Source of the DNA: an uncultured Methanosarcinales archaeon
GTDB taxonomy: Archaea; Nanobdellota; Nanobdellia; Woesearchaeales; WJKR01
Assembly (NCBI GenBank): GCA_964556395.1
Contig: CAZKVR010000004.1
Span: 9,025-73,024 of the forward strand
Direction: 5' to 3'
Length of the DNA: 64,000 nucleotides
Shown here one piece after another: positions 53,243-62,367 of the stretch. Position 1 is the first letter of the stretch. Each line of letters begins with the position of its first letter. The notes beneath the pieces were generated by a model. That model made no database searches. It was not told the origin of the DNA and worked only from the letters and a program-made list of their open reading frames with translations. The position numbers were made by a program, and so were the translations under genes.

Positions 53243-53644
53243 TCACCTTCGCTTCTTCTTATGGACGGCACCCATGTTCTGCATGAGGAGCTGCACCTTG
53301 TCAGGGTCCTGCTTGATCTCACGGACGATGGACGCGGGGCCGATGATAGTGAAACCTGTCCGGTTGCCGAGGAGGAGGTTGACGAGCGCGGACCTGATGC
53401 GTTTGAAGAACGCGGCGCCGACCGTCTCAGGGTTGATGACTGCGAGCTCGATGCCCTTGAACTTGTCGCTGATCTGCTCCATCGTCTTGCGGATGAGCTC
53501 TGCCTCCTCATGGCTTCTCAGACGCCCCTCGAGGAGGAGTATCTTCTCGCGCTTCACCAGGTTGAGGAGCTTCTGGATGCGCTTGACAGAGCTCAAGCCC
53601 TCAATCTCATGGTAGGGGATGAATTGTAATGTGAGTGAATCCAT
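53243..53644 (-). CDS. DUF2073/OapB-like protein
   Basis: LEGRLRSHEEAELIRKTMEQISDKFKGIE matches the pattern I recall for DUF2073. It sits between the GTPase and the Zn-ribbon gene. Confidence 0.6.
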   Translation of the reverse strand: MDSLTLQFIPYHEIEGLSSVKRIQKLLNLVKREKILLLEGRLRSHEEAELIRKTMEQISDKFKGIELAVINPETVGAAFFKRIRSALVNLLLGNRTGFTIIGPASIVREIKQDPDKVQLLMQNMGAVHKKKRR

Positions 53645-53655
53645 GCATAACCACC

Positions 53656-54291
53656 TTAGGATGTGAGCTCGAACAGCGCCTCGTAAAAGTCATCGACGTG
53701 CTTGCCGTACTTCGCGCTGATACCGATGACGTTGTACTGCGGGAACGCCGACTGGATCTTCTTGATGTCGGCCTTCTTCAAATCAACCTTGTTGGCGACG
53801 ACGAGTACGGGGATGTCCCTCGCCTCGAGGTTTCCGATGATGGTGACGTTGACCTGACTGTAAGGGTCCTTCGTCGCATCGAGCACGACGATGACGGTGT
53901 CCATGTCATCCAACCACTTGATAGCGTCGATGACACCCTTCGTAGCCTCCTTGGCGCGGGACTTCGCCTCCGCCTCCTTCATGCCGACCTGGAGGAACTC
54001 CTCATAATCGATCTTGGTCGCGATGCCAGGCGTGTCCACCAGGTTGAACTTGAGCTCGTTGCCCTTCTTGTTCTTCATCACGATCTCCTCCTTCATCTGG
54101 ATCTCGCGAGTCTCGTGAGCGACGTTGGAGACGGACCCCATCTCCTCACCGAGCCAATCCTTGCAGACACGGTTGGCGAGCGTGGTCTTGCCGCCGTTAG
54201 GAGGGCCGTAGAGCCCGAGCTTGACATCCTTCTTCTTCTTGAAGATGTTCTTGAAGAAGCGTTTGAGGAACTTCTGGAACAGTTTCATCAT
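53656..54291 (-). CDS. Small GTPase (OapA-like)
   Basis: G1 (GPPNGGKT), G3 (DTPG) and G4 (NKVD) are present. A CTTTAAATAAAC box lies 28 nt upstream. Confidence 0.8.
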   Translation of the reverse strand: MMKLFQKFLKRFFKNIFKKKKDVKLGLYGPPNGGKTTLANRVCKDWLGEEMGSVSNVAHETREIQMKEEIVMKNKKGNELKFNLVDTPGIATKIDYEEFLQVGMKEAEAKSRAKEATKGVIDAIKWLDDMDTVIVVLDATKDPYSQVNVTIIGNLEARDIPVLVVANKVDLKKADIKKIQSAFPQYNVIGISAKYGKHVDDFYEALFELTS

Positions 54292-54340
54292 GCGAAGACG
54301 AAAGAATGAGAGGTTTATTTAAAGGTTTCGTTCATTCCTG

Positions 54341-54712
54341 TCAGGGGTTGACGACGACGTTCCGGCCAGGCCTCAAAGGAGTGGCGTTGGTGAGGTTGGC
54401 GTCGAGGAAGAAGACGTGCTCGCGCCCACGATAATCGATGACGAGGTCCTGATGCTCGTAGAGCTCCAAGGAATAATCAGACCCGTCGAGGAGGACCGGC
54501 AGGTAAAAAGTCCGCTCATACCCCTCATGCACGTTAGCAGCGAGGACGGCCTCGTTGTTCAACACGCTGGCGAGCTGTCCGGCGAGCTCCGCATTGCGGT
54601 CGTCCTGTACGCCGACCATCCGGTTCTGGATGCCGGCGACGACGAGGATGAAGAAGAGGAGCATGAAGCCCGTCAAGACGACGAACTCGGTGCTCGCCTG
54701 CGCCCGCCTCAA
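54341..54712 (-). CDS. Pilin-like protein with class III signal peptide
   Basis: MRRAQ/ASTEFVVLTGFMLLFFILVV is a class III-like signal. The TTG start overlaps the upstream stop. Confidence 0.65.
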   Translation of the reverse strand: MRRAQASTEFVVLTGFMLLFFILVVAGIQNRMVGVQDDRNAELAGQLASVLNNEAVLAANVHEGYERTFYLPVLLDGSDYSLELYEHQDLVIDYRGREHVFFLDANLTNATPLRPGRNVVVNP

Positions 54713-55155
54713 GTGCGCACGACGGATACGGCATCACCCTCCGATTCCACACGGACCGCGTTCGCGCCCGGACTGACGTCGATAGGGCAAGGCCCGGGGT
54801 CGCAATTGGTCGCAGTCCCATTGGTCATGTTGATGTCGCTGAAGAACAACGCCTGGGTCAGGCCAGTCTGGGTGTAATAGGAGACGACGAGCTCTCGACC
54901 ACCGTATATCTCCACAGACTCCAAAGAGTCAGGCATGACGAGGTCGAGCGTGACGCGGGAATCCCTTCCGAGGACGTACATCTCCTCGGCGCTGGAGACT
55001 ATCCGGTTGCCGATCCGGTTCACCTGCGAGGAGACCACGGCGTCCTCGGAACCCTTGGAGAAGTCGAAGAAAAGGAAGCTGGCAGGCAGGATGAGGGCTA
55101 GCGAGAGCACGACGACGAACAGGTACTCCATAGACGACTGGCCGCGACGTGACAC
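54709..55155 (-). CDS. Pilin-like protein with class III signal peptide
   Basis: MSRRGQ/SSMEYLFVVVLSLALIL is a canonical archaeal prepilin-type N-terminus (RGQ then SxxEY). The start is GTG. Confidence 0.7.
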   Translation of the reverse strand: MSRRGQSSMEYLFVVVLSLALILPASFLFFDFSKGSEDAVVSSQVNRIGNRIVSSAEEMYVLGRDSRVTLDLVMPDSLESVEIYGGRELVVSYYTQTGLTQALFFSDINMTNGTATNCDPGPCPIDVSPGANAVRVESEGDAVSVVRT

Positions 55156-55306
55156 CGGTGCAACACCTCTTTATCCTCCTACCATCACACGTCAACTTTA
55201 TAAAGATTATGTCCGTGGCACGAGCAGGAAAGACCGGTCCGGACGGGAACAACCCGAAACCTTTATTAAGGCCTGGGCAACCCAGCCGCCAAGGGGAACC
55301 AACCAG

Positions 55307-56431
55307 ATGAGACGCTCAGAACGCATCAGGAAGAAGCAACGACGACCAGTCGTCCCCACGAAGAAGAAAGCAGCAGCGCAAGAGACAGGCACCAAGGCCT
55401 CGAAGGCCGAAAGCACCGGCTGGTACTACACCCACTACAAGAAACTTCTCATCATCCCCTTCGCACTCCTCATCATCTCCATACTCGCATTGGCGTTGCA
55501 CGCAGTCCAGACAGGCGACGTCATCAACCGCGACGTCTCCCTCGCAGGAGGAGTCATGGTGACTATCCCCTCAGAGTCGGTCGACCCCGACAGCCTCGTA
55601 GCGGAGATCCAACCATCCTACCCGGACACCAACCTCGAGACGAGAGTCCTGGAAGAAGCAGGGAGGCAGATCGCGGTGACGGTGAGCGCGAACCTCGAAG
55701 ACACGAGCGAGGAGAACGTCAACCAGTTCCTCGACGCCATCGAGCAATACACCAGCGTGGACCAGGAGGAGTACTCGGTCGAGACCATCGGATCGACCCT
55801 CGGAGCGTCATTCTTCCAGCAGACCGTCAAAGCGTTGTTCATAGCATTCCTGTTCATGGGCTTCGTCGTCTTCCTCTACTTCGGCGAAGGGGCGCGGGTG
55901 AAAGCCCTCGCAGGACTCGCAACCCTGGTGGCAGGCTTCATGATGTACAGCACGATCCTCGCGCTCGACCTCATAGCACTCGCCATCGGCATCGGCCTCA
56001 TAGTCCTGTACGCCAAGAAGAGCGTGCCGAGCGTGGCGGTCATCCTAGCAGCGTTCTCGGACATCGTCATCACCCTAGCGGTCACGACCGTGGCGGGCAT
56101 CGAGATCAGCACTGCCGGCATCGCGGCGTTCCTCATGCTCATAGGCTACTCCGTAGACACCGATATCCTCCTCTCCACAAGGGTCCTGAAAAGGACTAAA
56201 GGGACGGTGTACACCAGACTGGTCGGAGCCGTCAAGACAGGCCTGACGATGAACTTCACCACACTGGCAGCCATCACCGTGGCGCTGCTCGTGGCGCAGT
56301 CAGCAGTCATCACCCAGATCATGACGATACTCCTCATCGGACTCGTCGTGGATATGATCAATACGTGGTTCCAGAACGCAGGCATCCTCCGCTGGTACCT
56401 TGAGAAGAAGCACGAGAGGGAGCGCTCATGA
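55307..56431 (+). CDS. secF: Protein-export membrane protein SecF
   Basis: It has an N-terminal TM, a periplasmic domain and then six TMs, including the IGSTLGASFF region. The start is trimmed to MRRSERIRKK (55307). The track's upstream 124 codons overlap the pilin gene on the opposite strand. Confidence 0.85.
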   Translation: MRRSERIRKKQRRPVVPTKKKAAAQETGTKASKAESTGWYYTHYKKLLIIPFALLIISILALALHAVQTGDVINRDVSLAGGVMVTIPSESVDPDSLVAEIQPSYPDTNLETRVLEEAGRQIAVTVSANLEDTSEENVNQFLDAIEQYTSVDQEEYSVETIGSTLGASFFQQTVKALFIAFLFMGFVVFLYFGEGARVKALAGLATLVAGFMMYSTILALDLIALAIGIGLIVLYAKKSVPSVAVILAAFSDIVITLAVTTVAGIEISTAGIAAFLMLIGYSVDTDILLSTRVLKRTKGTVYTRLVGAVKTGLTMNFTTLAAITVALLVAQSAVITQIMTILLIGLVVDMINTWFQNAGILRWYLEKKHERERS

Positions 56432-58137
56432 GCAAGGCTAAGAAGCTGTTCATCAACACCCGGATGATCATCCTCATGCTTGCGATAGTACTCGCATTGC
56501 TCGCCATCCAACCAATATTCCAGGACGACGGCGTGGCCATCAGGAACGTCGCGCGGAACAGCACGGCCGCCGAGGCAGGCATCGAGAGCCCCGGACCGAC
56601 CATCAGGCCGATGCAACGGGAAGTCATCCTAGAGATCAACAACCGGCCAGTGGCGGACGTGGAAGCCTACCACGACATCATATCGGGACTCGAGGTCGAC
56701 GACCAGGTCTCAATCAAGACTAACAAGCAGACCTACTTCATGGAGGTCGAACCACGGTATAACGTCACAATCCTCAACGAGACCGAGAGGGTGACGAAAG
56801 AAGTCTTCAATGAGACGCTCAACAAGACCGTCAACACCACTGTGGAACAACCCAAGGTGGAACGAGAGATCATCGGGGCGAAAGACCTCGGGCTCACCGT
56901 CTACGAAAGGCCGCGGAACAACATCCAGAAAGGCCTCGACCTCGAAGGAGGGACGAGAGTCCTCCTCAAGCCCGAAGAAGCCATCACGGAAGACGAGCTT
57001 GACCTCGTCGTCGAGAACATCAATCAACGACTCAACGTGTACGGCGTGAGCGATGTGGTCGTCAGGCCTACGACAGACCTCGAAGGCAGCCGGTTCATCT
57101 CGGTGGAGATAGCAGGCGTGAACGAGGAAGAGGTCCGAGAACTACTCGGACAACAAGGCAAGTTCGAAGCCAAGATCGGCAACGAGACAGTCTTCCTGGG
57201 CGGCAACGACATCGCCTCGGTCTGCAGGACGCCTGACTGTTCAGGACTAGACCCGGATCGGCGCTGCGGCAAGACCCCTTCAGACGACCAATGGGCGTGC
57301 AGCTTCAGGTTCAGCATCACCCTGTCGCCGGAAGCGGCCCAACGGCAAGCGGCCGCGACGGAAGACCTCGAAGTCATCATCGACGAGACCGGCCAAGGCG
57401 GCGGCTACCTCTCCGAGAACCTGTCGCTCTACCTCGATGACCAGCTCGTGGACGAGCTCCAGATCAGCGCGGACCTGAAAGGAAGTTCGACGACACAGAT
57501 CAGCATCACCGGCTCAGGTACCGGCGAGAGCGAACAAGTAGCCCAACAGAACACCCTTGAGGAGATGAAACAGCTCCAGACGGTCCTGGTGACGGGCAGC
57601 CTGCCGGTCAAGCTCGACATCGTCAAGACCGACGCCATCAGCCCCCTGCTCGGACAAGCGTTCCTCAAGAACGTCATGCTCGTCGGCATCCTCGCCATGC
57701 TCGCAGTAGTCCTCGTGGTCTTCGCACGCTACCGTGAGTGGCGCGTCTCCATCCCCATGGTAGTCACCATGGTGAGCGAGGTCATCATACTCCTAGGGGT
57801 AGCGGCGCTCATCGGATGGAGGCTCGACCTCGCAGCCATCGCAGGCATCATCATCGCCGTAGGAACGGGCGTGGACGACCAGATCGTCATCGCGGACGAG
57901 ACGCTCCGGAAGGAGCGGAAGGAGAAGACGCTCGGCTGGGCGGAAAGGCTGAAAAGGGCGTTCTTCATCATCATGGCGGCCTACTTCACCACGGTCGTGG
58001 CGATGCTGCCGTTATGGTTCGCAGGCGCAGGGTTACTGAAAGGATTCGCGCTTACCACCATCCTCGGCGTGAGCATCGGCGTGTTCATCACGCGGCCGGC
58101 GTACGCGAAGATGCTCGATTACAGCATCAACAAGTAA
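56428..58137 (+). CDS. secD: Protein-export membrane protein SecD
   Basis: It has a large extracytoplasmic domain and a C-terminal six-TM bundle with AIAGIIIAVGTGVDDQIVI. The start overlaps the secF stop (ATGA). Confidence 0.9.
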   Translation: MSKAKKLFINTRMIILMLAIVLALLAIQPIFQDDGVAIRNVARNSTAAEAGIESPGPTIRPMQREVILEINNRPVADVEAYHDIISGLEVDDQVSIKTNKQTYFMEVEPRYNVTILNETERVTKEVFNETLNKTVNTTVEQPKVEREIIGAKDLGLTVYERPRNNIQKGLDLEGGTRVLLKPEEAITEDELDLVVENINQRLNVYGVSDVVVRPTTDLEGSRFISVEIAGVNEEEVRELLGQQGKFEAKIGNETVFLGGNDIASVCRTPDCSGLDPDRRCGKTPSDDQWACSFRFSITLSPEAAQRQAAATEDLEVIIDETGQGGGYLSENLSLYLDDQLVDELQISADLKGSSTTQISITGSGTGESEQVAQQNTLEEMKQLQTVLVTGSLPVKLDIVKTDAISPLLGQAFLKNVMLVGILAMLAVVLVVFARYREWRVSIPMVVTMVSEVIILLGVAALIGWRLDLAAIAGIIIAVGTGVDDQIVIADETLRKERKEKTLGWAERLKRAFFIIMAAYFTTVVAMLPLWFAGAGLLKGFALTTILGVSIGVFITRPAYAKMLDYSINK

Positions 58138-58178
58138 AGGAAAGCTTTTTAAGAGGGCCGTTGTTCGTCACTCCTCGT

Positions 58179-58255
<77 letters not shown>

Positions 58256-58309
58256 CTTCTCACAACCCAGAAAAGGATAAATAGGAGTAGTTCCTGGCCG
58301 AGAGTGACT

Positions 58310-59323
58310 ATGGCCAAAGAAGACTATCCGATAGGAGGAGGATTCCGGCAGGAAGACTACGAGGAAGGGAGTGTCCTGCCACGAGCCGACCCCAAGGCCC
58401 TCCGACTCCTCTACAACCCGCCGGCGGAGAAGCCGTACCAGGATGCGGGCCAGAAAATCGATGAAGACCTCCTCGCGACGGAAGTCCAAGGGGCTGATGA
58501 TGCAATCCTCACCCTCGACACCCTACAGGAAGAGGAACCAGCATTCGACAACCTCAACCTAGACCTCGAATACTACATCCTCAAGGAGCACGGGCCGCAG
58601 AAACCCCTGATGCTCACGGTCGCGGAAGAGTACCGGAACTTCAACGAAGCGCTGAAAAGATGGGCGACCATGCACGACGACCCGTACGCCTACGACGTCT
58701 ACAGCGCACACCTGAGAGAGTTCGCAGGATACCTCGAAGAGGACCCGTTCTACCCTGAGAACCAATCAGACCACGCACGGCTCGTGCCTTATCTCTCCAC
58801 ACTCTACAAAGAAGGCATGGACACCAAGAGACGCCTACTCATAGCGGATCCTGAGAATTGGCAACGCACCATCAGGGAACACCTTCCGCTCCTGCTCTCG
58901 CTCAACACCCATGCGCAGAACGAAGCGGTAGTCAACAAGGCCCTCAAGGATTTCAAGATACTCGAACGAGGAGGCCTCACACCAGAGGACCACGAGTTGG
59001 GAGGCCACATCTACGCGGCTCTCACCGACTACGACATCCCTCCAGCACAGAAGATGGAGTATTACAGGAAAGGCATCCAACATTACGAAGACACCCTGAC
59101 CACGTCAGGGCATGGCATAAGCGTAGCAGGCCAGTACGTAGACCTGGTGAACGACTACATACAAAGCATGAACCCTTACGGAACCATAGCCGAAGAAACC
59201 CTCGGGAGGGCGAGGAACATCCTCGACTACGCCATCAGGAACGCGCCAAAAGAGCACCAGGACCACATCAAGGATGTCAAGGAAGACCTAGGGAACCACG
59301 ACGAAGACGACATGGACTTCTAA
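58310..59323 (+). CDS. Hypothetical acidic protein (orphan)
   Basis: It has host codon style. The start is trimmed to MAKEDYPIGG (58310), 30 nt from GGATAAATAGG, because the track ORF begins inside the tRNA. I recognise no domain. Confidence 0.6.
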   Translation: MAKEDYPIGGGFRQEDYEEGSVLPRADPKALRLLYNPPAEKPYQDAGQKIDEDLLATEVQGADDAILTLDTLQEEEPAFDNLNLDLEYYILKEHGPQKPLMLTVAEEYRNFNEALKRWATMHDDPYAYDVYSAHLREFAGYLEEDPFYPENQSDHARLVPYLSTLYKEGMDTKRRLLIADPENWQRTIREHLPLLLSLNTHAQNEAVVNKALKDFKILERGGLTPEDHELGGHIYAALTDYDIPPAQKMEYYRKGIQHYEDTLTTSGHGISVAGQYVDLVNDYIQSMNPYGTIAEETLGRARNILDYAIRNAPKEHQDHIKDVKEDLGNHDEDDMDF

Positions 59324-59742
59324 CCCCGCCCTGCCCGCTTCATGAGGGAGCTCTTGAAACGCTCGGGAGAATGAGGCTCCAGCCTGACTACTCTGGTGTT
59401 CTTCAACCCGTAGGAATCGAGTTTCTCTCGCAATCCGTCGGTGAAAGAGGTCTGGTCGTAACCCAAAGCCACGACGTCAGGCCTCGCCCGTTTCAGGACC
59501 CGGTAGACGTCTTTCCGCTCACCGAGCAACGCCTCGTCCACCAACGATTCCTCCTGTACGGAGCGTAGACGTTCCTGCTCGCCATGCAACGGCTCCTGAC
59601 CCCTCAAGGAACGGTAGGTGTCATCCCTGGCCACCACGACGACGAGGCGGTCGCCAAGCCTACGGGCCTGCCTGAAGAGGGAGCGGTGGCCGTCGTGGAG
59701 GACGTCGAAGGAGCCGAACACCATCACGGTCTTCATGCTCAT
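59320..59742 (-). CDS. ribL: Cytidylyltransferase-fold FAD synthase (RibL-like)
   Basis: VMVFGSFDVLHDGHRSLFRQARRLGDRLVVVVARDD and a later ...ALGYDQ segment parallel the archaeal RibL layout. The start at 59742 lies 24 nt from CTTTTTTAACC. Confidence 0.7.
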   Translation of the reverse strand: MSMKTVMVFGSFDVLHDGHRSLFRQARRLGDRLVVVVARDDTYRSLRGQEPLHGEQERLRSVQEESLVDEALLGERKDVYRVLKRARPDVVALGYDQTSFTDGLREKLDSYGLKNTRVVRLEPHSPERFKSSLMKRAGRG

Positions 59743-59967
59743 AGTTGAAGAGGCGGTGGTTAAAAAAGGTATGGCTCGTCCCGAGCTGCAGGTCCATTCG
59801 TATCCCGTCCTATCTCGAGAAGTGGCGCCCACAGTATCTTCGGAGCCAACGCAGTTGACGCACTTTGAGGCAAGGGAGGATACCTGACAGGGTATGCTGC
59901 CGGGATTGAGAAGGCAGACCTATCAATGTGGTGGTCACAACCAATAAAGGATAAGAAAAAAAAGGTT

Positions 59968-61815
59968 TCAGCAGCTGCCTTGGTCCGGGGCGTTTGTAGC
60001 TGCTTCGAGGGCTTCGTCGCACTCCGCGGGAGGCTGGTCGAACTCGGCGCACAACGCCTCCTTCAAGCTGTTCGCGTCCCTGCCGTCGGCGTAGGTCTCG
60101 CCGTTGATAAGGTAGGTAGGCGAGGCTGACGGGCTGACGAGCTGTCCCTGACGCTCGGTCTTGAGACTCTCGAGGAGGCTGCCCTGTTCCTCGGCGTAGT
60201 CGAGCCTGTGCTCCTCGAAGCACTCTTTGATGGGTTCTGTGGCGACGCCTGCGGCTTCCGCAGCGTCAGTCCAGCAACTGTCCGCATTCTCGGAGGAGCA
60301 CTCCTCGTTCACCTCGAGGGTGAAGTCGAAGAACGCGTCCTTGCCGAGCTCTTCGAGGGCGCATAGTTCGCGGACGCCTTGGTTGCCTTCCTGCTCGCCG
60401 TGGAGGGATTGTATCGTGTCTCCGGAGACGCTGATGATGTAGTGCGGGACTATATCCACCTTATCTCCGAAGAGGTCGTGGAGCTTGCTTGCCGCCTCGT
60501 CGGCTGGGTTGCCGTAGGGGCAGAACGCCATGACGAAGTAGTCGAGGCGGGGCTTGTCGCCCGTGGCGCCGAGGGAGTCCAGGTTGTCTTCAGGGTAGGA
60601 CTCCATTTTCTGATCTTGCTCCTGGCGTTTCTCCTCTGAGAAGTACCACGTCGCTCCTACGGCTTGCGGGTCGAGGCGGTAGCCGTCGCTCGTCTCGATG
60701 AATGATTGCTTGAGGTTGGGCTGGTTCTGCCAACTGCTCGTGTCGGCGACGGCTGCGGGGAAGAGGTAGGCGGGTCCGAAGGTGAGGTCGTGCTCCTCGA
60801 TGAGGGCTTCCCCTTCGGGCGTGGAGGCGTCGACCGTCTCGAAGCTCGCTCCAGGGAAGAGGTCTTTTGTGACTGACCGGACCTGTCCGGTGTCACATCC
60901 GGTGCATCGTTCGTCGTCCACGATGGTGACGGTGAACTCCTGCGGCGGTTCGATGTCGGCGCACGGCTCGCTGTCGGGTGCGATGCCGCAGATGATCTGC
61001 TGGAACTTGTCGAACGGCTGGGCTCCTGTTACGGTCTGTCCGTTGATGACGAAGCCAGGCGTGCCGGTGATGCCTTGCTGCCTGGCGGCTTCCGCGTCAG
61101 CCTGGACTTCTTCAGCGTGCTTGCCGGAGTCGAGGCACTCGTTGAACTCCTGGACGTCGAGTCCGAGGTCTGCAGCGTGCTTCTTCAGGCTGTCGGTGCC
61201 GAGTCCGTCCGGGTTTGCGAAGAGCTTGTCGTGGTACTCCCAGAACGCGCCTTGGTCGTGAGCGCACTCAGCGGCTTCCGCGGCTTTCTGCGCGTTGCGG
61301 TGATTCAGTTGGGGGAGTGGTAGGTCGCGGTAGACGAACTTGACGAGTCCAGTGTCGACGAATTCCTCCTTTATCTTAGGCAGGGTCTCCTCCCAGAAAC
61401 GAGTGCAGAATGGGCATTCGAAGTCTGAGAACTCCACTATCGTGATAGGAGCGTCCTCCGCACCCATGAATGGGTCGTCGTCCGCGAGTTCCTTCATGGT
61501 CTGGAGGGTCTGCTCGTCCACGTCGACTCCTGATAGGGCGACGACACCCCCTGTGGCGCCTTCCTTGTCGGGGACGTCGCCGTTGGTGAACGCCCAGACG
61601 AGGACTGCGATGAGGGCCAGGGAGAGGACTACGATGGCGGCGTTCTTGATGGACTCGTTCGAACCCGTTGACGTCTTCTTGGCCCTGTGCTGGCGCTCTT
61701 CGTGGCCGTGCCCTTTATGGGTCTTGGCTTGTTCGTCGTGATTGTGCTTCGCCGCCTTGTGGGTGTGGCTGGCGTGCTTCTTCTTGGTCTTGTGTCCGGA
61801 GTGTTTCTTGGCCAT
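59968..61815 (-). CDS. Membrane-anchored multidomain DsbA-like thiol:disulfide oxidoreductase
   Basis: It has a His/Lys-rich N-terminus and one TM (AAIVVLSLALIAVLVWAF). The DsbA-like domain carries a CPFC active site. The long Cys-containing C-terminal region includes a second thioredoxin-like segment (FCPYG). The start is trimmed to MAKKHSGHK (61815). Confidence 0.8.
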   Translation of the reverse strand: MAKKHSGHKTKKKHASHTHKAAKHNHDEQAKTHKGHGHEERQHRAKKTSTGSNESIKNAAIVVLSLALIAVLVWAFTNGDVPDKEGATGGVVALSGVDVDEQTLQTMKELADDDPFMGAEDAPITIVEFSDFECPFCTRFWEETLPKIKEEFVDTGLVKFVYRDLPLPQLNHRNAQKAAEAAECAHDQGAFWEYHDKLFANPDGLGTDSLKKHAADLGLDVQEFNECLDSGKHAEEVQADAEAARQQGITGTPGFVINGQTVTGAQPFDKFQQIICGIAPDSEPCADIEPPQEFTVTIVDDERCTGCDTGQVRSVTKDLFPGASFETVDASTPEGEALIEEHDLTFGPAYLFPAAVADTSSWQNQPNLKQSFIETSDGYRLDPQAVGATWYFSEEKRQEQDQKMESYPEDNLDSLGATGDKPRLDYFVMAFCPYGNPADEAASKLHDLFGDKVDIVPHYIISVSGDTIQSLHGEQEGNQGVRELCALEELGKDAFFDFTLEVNEECSSENADSCWTDAAEAAGVATEPIKECFEEHRLDYAEEQGSLLESLKTERQGQLVSPSASPTYLINGETYADGRDANSLKEALCAEFDQPPAECDEALEAATNAPDQGSC

Positions 61816-61847
61816 GGTGTCTCTTCCTCTGGTTGGCTTTTTCATCC

Positions 61848-62234
61848 TTATAGTTCGCATCCTGCGATCCGAGCGAGGGCGGGGAGCTTCTGGACTCCCG
61901 GGATATTGTTGCCTTCGGGCGTCACCCACGTCTGGTAGGCTTCGACTCCTGCTTCTTCGCACCATCGCTTGTCGTGGTCGCAGTCCTTGTACGCCCCTTC
62001 GTGTCTCATGACGTCGTCGAAGGCTCCTCTGAACATGCTTTTCTGGTCGGCGCAGTACGAGCACCACTCGGTGCCTGCCATGACGTAGCCTTCGTCGGCG
62101 AGGCATTGGGCGAACCCTTCGTGGTCCTGCTGGTTGGCGAAGATGAGCGTCAGCAACCCTCCTGCGATGATGATTCCTATGGTGATGAAGATGTAGGTCG
62201 AGGTCGGTTTCTTCTGGGCCCGCTTCCTTGTCAT
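61848..62234 (-). CDS. Membrane-anchored thioredoxin-fold protein (CSYC active site)
   Basis: It has an N-terminal TM (YIFITIGIIIAGGLLTLIF) followed by GTEWCSYCADQK. This resembles the Trx-like domains found with VKOR/DsbB-type systems. Confidence 0.7.
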   Translation of the reverse strand: MTRKRAQKKPTSTYIFITIGIIIAGGLLTLIFANQQDHEGFAQCLADEGYVMAGTEWCSYCADQKSMFRGAFDDVMRHEGAYKDCDHDKRWCEEAGVEAYQTWVTPEGNNIPGVQKLPALARIAGCEL

Positions 62235-62367
62235 GACACCACCGATAGTATGAAACTTTCTTCAATCGAACAAGAGGTCCTATTTAAAGGTTATGGAACG
62301 CCCCATCATCCCATCCGAGAGGCGGAACACGAGGATTTTTATAAAGATTATGATTGCCCGGAACACT

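Noticed and set aside
54935-55306. The N-terminal 124 codons of track ORF 54935..56431, and similar long N-terminal extensions at 6950..8182, 24576..25634, 28260..29729, 31083..32132, 44075..45904 and 59968..62265
   Set aside because: The extensions overlap neighbouring genes or promoter spacers and have aberrant composition. They also lie upstream of an internal start that has a correctly spaced promoter box and begins the conserved domain.
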